A stretch of 19,725 nucleotides of DNA from Chthoniobacteraceae bacterium (GTDB taxonomy: Bacteria > Verrucomicrobiota > Verrucomicrobiia > Chthoniobacterales > Chthoniobacteraceae). This document shows, piece by piece, positions 8,201-13,484 of the stretch; position 1 is the first letter of the stretch, and the number at the start of each line of letters is the position of its first letter. The notes below the pieces were generated by a model that ran no database searches, was not told the DNA's origin, and worked only from the letters and a program-made list of their open reading frames with translations. The translations under genes and the position numbers were made by a program. The stretch lies in the NCBI GenBank assembly GCA_031409335.1, contig JANNWY010000104.1, positions 1-19,725 on the forward strand, in the 5' to 3' direction.

Positions 8201-8390
8201 GCAAGGTGCCAGCAGTTCACTCAGCGGCTTTCGCTGGCTGGCACCTGAATGCATCTGGAGCCCCGAAAGCGGCCTCTTCAACTGCCCCGGCGGCACCTAC
8301 AGCCCGGCCCTCGGGCAGGAGGTCTCCGCGAAGACCAAACCCAAGGAGCGCAAGAAAGAGTACGTCGGCCACGTGACGCTGATGAAGTAG
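2259..8390 (+). CDS. Large exported RHS/YD-repeat protein with DUF6531-like domain and no toxin tip (2043 aa from ATG 2259)
   Basis: Signal peptide (..RPFHTLILALAGAALLFGISPSRLSA); IPT/TIG-like segment PQVFALEPAVISTTGGDIFVRG; DUF6531-like DLALPCPAGPPLEWVRSYRS...GTGWDFSYN; many YD repeats (RDALGRVTSITDPRG, YDALGRAV, FDSLGRLVS, YDAYSRLVSV); degenerate RHS core end (WSPESGLF...YSPALGQ). ORF track starts at TTG 2241; the in-frame ATG at 2259 is preferred. Confidence 0.9.
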   Translation: MNSLHSSLRAPACLRPFHTLILALAGAALLFGISPSRLSADLSGLPPTIHFTQGLQGKQVCLRWVAQPGVQYVVQKSASLAVMGSPGGFATVALVTAESAACQWVDPEAAATKAFYRIEIPGPQVFALEPAVISTTGGDIFVRGQCLPAGSFLALEIPGQAPIFVPLVPVAGQPGLWRASVGGIAGGVVAGIVIAARVTDSDGTTVALVNQTIEVTETGYASDAPPWLPPAAPVPVAQSNPIPGIGIVVKRNPKKKYAHRATPGSDDDCDDMDDDASGLWLSRKGYQYYMAQSDMSSARAHINPAFKENSNSGSMVSAMAAGNGGEDDGDIPMSDSVARNSGMGRGKVSLQDFHFAVHRGLPGEVSAEQCDLALPCPAGPPLEWVRSYRSRAPVASGHGTGWDFSYNIYIEPVPLAAGVNAPVVLVHDGSGRTDKFVRQGDGSYRCNGMFREGRFNPDTSFTLTFADKGAWIFCRLVGAPWSGRIGSIADRNGVALNFTYNNGQLATVSDAFGHSLSVTWGPTGQISSVADSTGRSVSYSYFGGEPGGSAGDLKSVSCPQEGGLPPVSGPTTYTYTSGSADDRLNHNLTSATDGAGRNLGAFTYSLSANPAELEFDAVASVRKGQELLGNVKNIKIPTSVSDDDLQAYVIYENDELGRVTETTCDRMHRPTSVREYTGFATPGAPVTATTNRPTGKLRAADPDFYQTTCLYNGQHLPTRVTMPDGVQERTTYEYDLKPACPLRERANPRVCTLVSPAGEQRTISMEYLPGFGSAEPGLNGLPPGEPIIRRIGLNGLPPGQPVIRGISLNGLPPGQPVMGGIWDGGDGDGGCTESARGVDRDGKDCTNHGHHKLGAAKIGPKQKAWLCANFRVSLRTSLGQQFSWGYDASGNRTSSRSPIAGAGCDIAYNTLGQVTSVRTLNGPGSTFIDECVYDADSGFCISFISDSPGLHLTTSCARDALGRVTSITDPRGFDTLFTYNPLDQCVTVQSPPVGNGAAARITTTYFYDAGGLPSGCDIEHRDATGALVAANPAYSTRILRESPSRPRLVSRVAVENRPVALPAGSTDIASVGLANFDVCDFLFDAAGQCIQESTPAVCRAQPTDSVTSYQYDERRLLHRCIDGQQGAPDAVTTTTECDYTPAGDLSRCATLAASGGLPGAVNPTVTFTYDGFRRCTFSTDPMGNVETFSYDNQGYVTCSLFGELDDQPGSGENVLLSRVKVKFHWDCSSEERKARPAVGRPILQGITSRWTPLVPKPHDSAFFDVFTKDETMTVDRFTATSSAQEVTTVNRSPAGFVMSISTNGDTLESNTYDTARRLLSCANGACSVAYTLDACGNVLSLTRTDFPSGGGSPAVNLVRLATYDALGRAVQMSERANVSAYQYDSLSRETCFQPPVGAPVYSNYDGTDASGPYSVQTQCDVDGNGSPETLGSSYARACPKRYKIKIDIGPPRPPIFGRSVTNSNGHTTTFTLDSRDHCVQTDFPDGTQQFRQFDSLGRLVSDSRQDGATFISEYNLNGAATSIYTGPCRPPYLCDYIAVAATSLHYNGRGDCTRLTQGTSDVIRSFDSCGNMVSESQNGHIVQHTYTHRGRASTTYPSGARYNETRNAQGLLLSVAAEGAAGTPVAAIQYLGYRPAQETRANGVVTSYGYRGINDPPIQGTGPDFSVDACVQSLVTGPTGTVLSRSFFSRDANQQLIRRETIFGEGPNTSAPLRRQLITRDRLNRLTRMVTGARRNAGTAIALESDVTYTLDLEGQRLSATGGSHPGAYSSNDLNPPGDRQMNQYSSWPGGPLEWGDNGSLTLLSDGTTGTKHFVYDAYSRLVSVVDPNTGVALASYSYDACDRLVSRTIPNIIAALPPVITFFIYDGDACIQELNELGEPQMTFAAMGLCIIPINGDPIYPHGSSAFLARSIRAGHYAVSNFHIEVDGASGGYLSSFQPPSYEVEDVSQCLTTGIGAVLERFDFDDGGQPIFLTSDGVVRQGASSSLSGFRWLAPECIWSPESGLFNCPGGTYSPALGQEVSAKTKPKERKKEYVGHVTLMK
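4587..4721 (+). repeat. Three tandem 45-bp in-frame repeats (xLNGLPPG[E/Q]PxxxxI) in the RHS gene
   Basis: Units at 4587-4631, 4632-4676 and 4677-4721 encode GLNGLPPGEPIIRRI, GLNGLPPGQPVIRGI and SLNGLPPGQPVMGGI, with synonymous differences. Confidence 0.92.
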
Positions 8391-8430
8391 GTTGCTTTCC
8401 GCGGCGCTGCCTGACCGGCTGCGAGGCACC

Positions 8431-9951
8431 TCAAAAACTCCCTTTTTGCAAACCAGTCAATGGTGCCGCAACCGAATCGGCGGATACCGCGTGCAGGCGA
8501 ATCTGCATCTCCAGTCCGTGCGGCTCGCGATTGCGCGCGGTGACTGTGCCGCTGCACGAGTCGATGCACGTTTTCACGATGGCCAGACCGAGGCCGGTGC
8601 CGCCGGTGTCTCGCGCGCGTGAACTGTCCACGCGGTAAAAGGCGTCGAAAATTTTCGGCAGTTCTTCCTCGGGGACGCCGGGTCCGTGATCGGCGATGGA
8701 GATCGTCACGTCTTCGCCGTCGCGTGCGGCGCGCAGCTCGATGGGACCGCTCGCGGCAGCGTGGCGGATGGCATTGCGCAGCAGATTTGCGAGCGCGCGG
8801 ATGAGCAGGTCGGGCTCGGCGGATACTGTTAGATCGTCGGCGATATCGACGATGATTTCCACGGCGTCGGTTTTCTCGCGGCGGATTGCTTCGCTGGCGA
8901 TTTCGGCGAGGCGCACTTTGCGAAGCTGAATCGACGCGGCACCGAACGAGGCTTTTGAAAACGAGAGCAGTTCCCCGACCAGTCCGGCGATTTGCTCGGC
9001 CTTTTCCGACGCCGCGCGCACGTAGCTCATCTCATCCTGGGCGGCGCGCTGTTCGAGGATGCCGAGCGCCATTTGCAGGCGCGCGAGCGGCGAGCAGAGT
9101 TCGTGGGCGATGTCGCCGAGGAAACGCTTTTGCCCGCTCACCAGACCGTCGAGCCGCGCGGCCATTTGGTCGATGGATTCGCCGAGCGCGCCGAGTTCAT
9201 CGTGGCGGCGGAGGTTCACGCGCACATCGAAGCGTCCGTCCGCGATTTTGCGCGTCGCGGTTTTCATCTGGCCGATCGTGCGGGTGATGCCGCGGACGAG
9301 CGGCAGCCAGAAAAGCAGCGAGAAAACGAGGATGCCGATGCCGAGCCAGAACCACGGCTTTGGATCGAACACCAGCCCGCCGGCGCTGATCGTGTCGGAC
9401 TTCGCGACGAGGACGATCCGCACGGAATCGCCGATCATCGGATTTTCGAGCCGACCGCTCGCGAGCAGCCAGTATTGCGTCGGCGCGGTCGTGCGCATGA
9501 GCGCGCGCAGCGGCAGGCGCGGCCAGCGCGGTCGCTGGGCTTCCGTGGAGAATTCAGCCGGAAGAGGAGGTGCCGCGGCAGGTGGCTCGCCTGGTCTGCG
9601 GGGACGGATGGGAATCCGTGTGAGGATGCGCTCGCGCACCTCATCGGGCAGCGTGGTGATCTCACCGAGGAACGGCTTCGCATCATCATCGAACAACGCG
9701 AAACGAACGCGGTGCGCCTCGCTGTAGCGCCGCATCACGGCGTTCCAATCGTCCGGCGCGGTGATGGCCAGTTCACCCAGGATCAGATCGCGCACCGCCT
9801 CAATGCGTTCGCGCGCGCCGCTGGCGAAAAACCAATCGAGATCGAAGCGGAATTGGGCGTTGAACAGGATGACGAATACGGCGGCGACGGCGACGAGATT
9901 CAGGAAGAACCACGCGAGGATTTTGCCGTAGAGTGGAAGCCGAAGGCGCAT
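8431..9951 (-). CDS. HAMP-domain sensor histidine kinase (CpxA/BaeS-like)
   Basis: Two TM segments, HAMP (RKIADGRFDVRV..RHDELGALGESIDQMA), H-box GDIAHELCSPLARL, N-box LANLLRNAIRH, G1 DHGPGV, F-box IFDAFYR, G2 GGTGLGLAI. Confidence 0.95.
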   Translation of the reverse strand: MRLRLPLYGKILAWFFLNLVAVAAVFVILFNAQFRFDLDWFFASGARERIEAVRDLILGELAITAPDDWNAVMRRYSEAHRVRFALFDDDAKPFLGEITTLPDEVRERILTRIPIRPRRPGEPPAAAPPLPAEFSTEAQRPRWPRLPLRALMRTTAPTQYWLLASGRLENPMIGDSVRIVLVAKSDTISAGGLVFDPKPWFWLGIGILVFSLLFWLPLVRGITRTIGQMKTATRKIADGRFDVRVNLRRHDELGALGESIDQMAARLDGLVSGQKRFLGDIAHELCSPLARLQMALGILEQRAAQDEMSYVRAASEKAEQIAGLVGELLSFSKASFGAASIQLRKVRLAEIASEAIRREKTDAVEIIVDIADDLTVSAEPDLLIRALANLLRNAIRHAAASGPIELRAARDGEDVTISIADHGPGVPEEELPKIFDAFYRVDSSRARDTGGTGLGLAIVKTCIDSCSGTVTARNREPHGLEMQIRLHAVSADSVAAPLTGLQKGSF

Positions 9952-9989
9952 CGCTCAGGATGATACGGCGAACCTTGGGTGCTGGATCT

Positions 9990-10010
9990 TGAACATCGAT
10001 TCGATGTTCA
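9990..10010. repeat. Perfect 10-bp inverted repeat of the GAACATC heptad family
   Basis: tgaacatcga-t-tcgatgttca lies between the regulator and kinase genes and has the same ends as the 90-bp elements at 17226 and 18639. Confidence 0.75.
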
Positions 10011-10024
10011 TTCCTGTTCCGCGT

Positions 10025-10777
10025 TCATTCCGCATCCGGGTTAATGAGCATGTATCCCACTGCCCGCACGGTGCGGATGAAGCGCGGATTTTTCGGATCG
10101 TCGCCGAGCTTCCGGCGCAGCGACCAGATGTGGACATCGATCGAGCGATCGAGGCCGTCATAACTGCGCTCCGCGATCGTCTCGATGAGTTGCTCGCGGC
10201 TCTTCACGCGACCCCGCGCACGGGCGAGGCTGGCGAGCAATTCAAACTCCAGCGCGGTGAGCGTGAGCGGCTGCTCGCCGAGGATGGCGACGCGTGCGTT
10301 CGGATTGATGCGCAGCGGGCCGACGACGATTTCCGCCTGCTCGCGATCGCCGTCGCCAGCCGCCGGGCGCGCTTTGCGACGGGTGACGGCGCGCAGCCGC
10401 GCGAGCAGTTCGCGTGAGGAAAATGTCTTCGGCAAGTAATCGTCCGCGCCCATTTCGAGACCGACGATTCGATCCGTCTCCTCGCCGCGCGAAGTGAGCA
10501 TCAGGATCGGCACATCGGACGCCGCGCGGAGCCGCTTGAGCACTTCAAAGCCATCCATACCAGGCAGATTCACGTCGAGAATGACCGCGTGAAAATGCTC
10601 GCTTGTCGCGCGCTCGACGCCGTGCGGGCCTTCATGCTCGGCGAAGACTTCGTAGCCGATCGGTTCGAGGTAATCCTTGATCAGCGTGCAAAGTTCGCGG
10701 TCATCGTCGATCACCAGCACGCGCGTCGCGCCGCCGGAAGGCGGGCGCGGAATGGGATGAGAGGTGGAGAGGGACAT
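10025..10777 (-). CDS. OmpR/PhoB-family response regulator (CpxR-like), 250 aa
   Basis: Receiver domain (VLVIDDD, VILDVNLPGMDG, LMLTSRG, GADDYLPKTF) and winged helix (DRSIDVHIWSLRRKLGDDPKNPRFIRTVRAVGY). Start set at ATG 10777 because the upstream extension is translated heptad repeat. Confidence 0.95.
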   Translation of the reverse strand: MSLSTSHPIPRPPSGGATRVLVIDDDRELCTLIKDYLEPIGYEVFAEHEGPHGVERATSEHFHAVILDVNLPGMDGFEVLKRLRAASDVPILMLTSRGEETDRIVGLEMGADDYLPKTFSSRELLARLRAVTRRKARPAAGDGDREQAEIVVGPLRINPNARVAILGEQPLTLTALEFELLASLARARGRVKSREQLIETIAERSYDGLDRSIDVHIWSLRRKLGDDPKNPRFIRTVRAVGYMLINPDAE

Positions 10778-10786
10778 GGGTGGTGG

Positions 10787-10944
10787 AAACTTCCAAGCTC
10801 CAAGCTCCAAGTTCCAAATAAATTTCAAAGCTCAGATTCCAAATTTCAAAGCACCCGTCCGCCGCGGGTTCCGCTTCCTTGAAATGTTCTTCATTTGCAG
10901 CCCTTGGAATTTATTTGGAATTTGGAATCTGGAGCTTGGAATTT
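10787..10944. repeat. Inverted pair of degenerate heptad (TCCAAxx) tandem arrays
   Basis: aacttccaagctccaagctccaagttccaaataaatttcaaa (~10788-10829) is an imperfect inverted copy of cttggaatttatttggaatttggaatctggagcttggaattt (10903-10944). AT-rich compared with the flanks. Confidence 0.8.
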
Positions 10945-10966
10945 GCCGCTTCGGCCATGCCGCAAA

Positions 10967-11019
10967 CTTAACTCTCTCTTAACAATTCTCCGTTTCCGCC
11001 CAAATGAGCAATTAACAAT
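10967..11019. promoter_or_regulatory. Putative OmpR/PhoB-type direct-repeat operator in the divergent promoter region
   Basis: TTAAC at 10968, 10979 and 11012, all in 11-bp phase; the last two extend to TTAACAAT. Lies between the regulator and the divergent exported-protein gene. Confidence 0.5.
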
Positions 11020-11114
11020 GACCAAGTCTATTGAGAGTCGAACCAGCCGCGAAATCACGGTCGGTTCGCAAACAACAAAGGCCCCCGCGGCCGCAAAACA
11101 AAAAAACTGACATC

Positions 11115-11660
11115 ATGAAAATGAAACTGACAATCCTCCTCAGCGCGGTCGCGCTGACAGCCTCCGCATTTCTCGCAACCGCGCAAGACAACCCGCCCGA
11201 TCGTGGCAATCGCGGTGATCGCGGTGATCGCGGCGGCACGCCTGAAGAATGGCGCGCACGCATGTCCGAGCGCCTGAAGACTTCACTCAAAGTGACAGAC
11301 GACGAATGGACCGTGCTGCAGCCGCTCATCGAAAAAGTGACCACCAAACAACGCGATGCCATGTCCGGCCGATTTGGCGGATTCGGCGGTCGCAGCAGCG
11401 GTGGATCTGGGGGTGATCGCGGATCGAGCAGCGGCGGCGGATCGGGCGGGGATCGGCCAGGCACGGCGGAAAGCCAGGCGCTCCGCGATGCGTTGGAAAA
11501 GGAAGGCACGGCCGCGACCGACATCGCGGCGAAGCTGGCTGCCGTGCGCGAGTTTCGCAAAAAGTCCGCAGCCGAACTGGCCGCGGTGCGCGCCGATCTC
11601 CAGAAAGTCGTCACCGCGCGTCAAGAGGCCGTCCTCTTCTCGATGGGCATTCTCGAATAG
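11115..11660 (+). CDS. Exported helical protein, Spy/CpxP-like (181 aa)
   Basis: Signal peptide MKMKLTILLSAVALTASAFLATA-Q; LKVTDDEW and VVTARQEA resemble LTxEQ-type motifs; Gly/Arg-rich linkers; divergent from a CpxRA-like pair. Confidence 0.75.
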   Translation: MKMKLTILLSAVALTASAFLATAQDNPPDRGNRGDRGDRGGTPEEWRARMSERLKTSLKVTDDEWTVLQPLIEKVTTKQRDAMSGRFGGFGGRSSGGSGGDRGSSSGGGSGGDRPGTAESQALRDALEKEGTAATDIAAKLAAVREFRKKSAAELAAVRADLQKVVTARQEAVLFSMGILE

Positions 11661-11688
11661 CCGTCCCGCGCTGGCACCATACGCCTTT

Positions 11689-11733
11689 CCGCTGCCATGG
11701 TTGCGTGCCAACGGCACTCTTCCATGGCGGCGG
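11689..11733 (+). terminator. GC-rich intergenic stem-loop (terminator or mRNA stabiliser)
   Basis: ccgctgccatgg (11689-11700) pairs with ccatggcggcgg (11722-11733), with inner stem gtgcc-aac-ggcac. No clear U-tract. Confidence 0.4.
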
Positions 11734-11783
11734 TGGCGGTGGTCACGTTCCGCTTTCACACCGCACCCGCCTCCTTTTTGAAA

Positions 11784-13481
11784 ATGACACCGCTCAATCT
11801 CATGTTCTGCAATTTCTTCGCCACGGCGACTTTTGCGCTGGCGCAGCAGCCGCCGAATCCACCGCCCGCGGATCGCCCCGCGCAGGAGACTCCGCCGCCT
11901 GCGGGACCGCCGGACGGATTCCGCGGCGGTCCCGGCGGACCGCCGATGCAGAGCGAGATCAAGCTCGTCGATAAGTTCGATGAAAATGGTGACAAGCGGC
12001 TGGACACCGCGGAGCGGAAAGCGGCGCGCGCATTTCTCAACAAAGAACGCGCCGAAGGTCGGCTCGGGCGCGGCATGGGGCCGGGTCGTCGCGGCGGTCC
12101 TCCCGGTGGTCAGCCGCCGGGAGCCGGTGGTCCGCCATCCGGTTTCGGTGGCCCGCGGGAAAATCAGCCGCCGCCGGAGCCCGGTGTGAAGCTCTCGCCA
12201 GCGGACGTGAAAACGTATCGCGCGACGCCGCTTTACGACGCGCAGACGCTGCGGACTTACTTCCTCGATTTTGAAAATGCGGACTGGGAAAAAGAGCTGC
12301 TGGATTTCCACGGCACCGATGTCGAGGTGCCCGCAAAGCTGACCGTGGACGGCAAAATTCACGACGACGTCGGCGTCTATTTTCGCGGCGCGTCGTCGTT
12401 CGGAGTCGGCGAAGGGCGCAAGCATTCGATCAATCTTTCGATCGATCACGCCAAGGGAAGTCAGCGCCTCGGCGGTTATCGCACGCTCAATTTGCTGAAC
12501 TCCTCCGGCGACCCGACGCTGCTCTGCGCGGTGCTTTACCACCAGATCGCCCGCGAATACATCGCGGCACCCAAAGCGAACTGGGCGCGCGTGGCGATCA
12601 ACGGCGAAAGCTGGGGCGTCTTCATCAACGTCCAGCAGTTCAACAAAGACTTCGTCGCGGAATGGTTCGGCTCGAAAAAAGGCGCGCGCTGGAAAGCGCC
12701 GGGCCGCCCGAATGGCAACAGCGGTCTCGAATTTCTCGGCGACGACGCGGCGGAATACAAAAAGCGTTACGAGATCAAATCGAAGGACGATGCGGAATCG
12801 TGGGATGCGCTCATCGAGCTGTGCCGCGTGCTGAATCAAACGCCCGCCGGGCAGCTCGAGGAAAAGCTCGCGCCGCTCCTCGACATCGACGGCGCGCTGA
12901 AATTTCTCGCGCTCGAAAACGTCTTCATCAACACCGACGGCTATTGGACGCGGGCCAGCGACTACAGCCTCTACTGCGATGAAGACGGGCGCTTTCACGT
13001 CATCTCTCACGATGTGAATGAAACCTTCCGCGCCGCGGGAGGACCGGGAATGCGCGGCGGTGGTGGTGGTGGTGGTGGCGGACGCGGCGTGGAACTCGAT
13101 CCGCTGGCCGGCGCGGACGATGCGAAAAAGCCGCTGCTTTCCAAACTGCTCGCCGCGCCCGCGCTGCGCACGCGCTTCCTCCGCCATGTCCGCGAAATCG
13201 CGAGCACCTGGCTCGACTGGGACAAGCTCGGCCCGATCGCGCAGCAGTATCAGGCATTCCTCGCCGACGAGGTGAAAGCCGACACGCGCAAGCTCGGCAG
13301 CTACGAGGCTTTCGTAGATGGCATCGCTGGCGGAGAAGCCGCGCCGGAGCCGCAGCGCGGGCCGGGCCGCGGGATGAGCCTGAAAACTTTTGCCGAGCAG
13401 CGCCGCGCGTATCTGCTCGCGCATCCCGAGATTCAAAAACTCGTCGCCGCGACCGAACCGGAAGCCACCCCAAAACGATAG
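11784..13481 (+). CDS. CotH kinase family protein with N-terminal EF-hand
   Basis: Signal-like N-terminus ending TFALA-QQ; EF-hand loop DENGDKRLDTAE; CotH-type motifs VGVYFRGASS, TLNLLNSSGDPT, PKANWARVAINGESWGVFINVQQ, DGYWTRASDYSLY, FHVISHDVNETF. Start at ATG 11784 inferred. Confidence 0.88.
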   Translation: MTPLNLMFCNFFATATFALAQQPPNPPPADRPAQETPPPAGPPDGFRGGPGGPPMQSEIKLVDKFDENGDKRLDTAERKAARAFLNKERAEGRLGRGMGPGRRGGPPGGQPPGAGGPPSGFGGPRENQPPPEPGVKLSPADVKTYRATPLYDAQTLRTYFLDFENADWEKELLDFHGTDVEVPAKLTVDGKIHDDVGVYFRGASSFGVGEGRKHSINLSIDHAKGSQRLGGYRTLNLLNSSGDPTLLCAVLYHQIAREYIAAPKANWARVAINGESWGVFINVQQFNKDFVAEWFGSKKGARWKAPGRPNGNSGLEFLGDDAAEYKKRYEIKSKDDAESWDALIELCRVLNQTPAGQLEEKLAPLLDIDGALKFLALENVFINTDGYWTRASDYSLYCDEDGRFHVISHDVNETFRAAGGPGMRGGGGGGGGGRGVELDPLAGADDAKKPLLSKLLAAPALRTRFLRHVREIASTWLDWDKLGPIAQQYQAFLADEVKADTRKLGSYEAFVDGIAGGEAAPEPQRGPGRGMSLKTFAEQRRAYLLAHPEIQKLVAATEPEATPKR

Positions 13482-13484
13482 CGC

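Noticed and set aside
2259..8390. Calling the locus a T6SS or eCIS cluster because of Hcp, VgrG and tube motifs
   Set aside because: Only short motif-sized pieces are present; there are no full structural genes, PAAR domain, chaperone or immunity gene in the window.
13056..13082. (GGT)6 microsatellite in the CotH gene
   Set aside because: In-frame triplet encoding a poly-Gly linker; length change would not shift the frame.
11283..13436. 717-aa minus-strand ORF, and similar long overlapping ORFs (14472-16052 -, 17313-18683 -, 8992-9963 +, 372-1046 +)
   Set aside because: Shadow frames of well-supported genes in GC-rich DNA, with no recognisable motifs.
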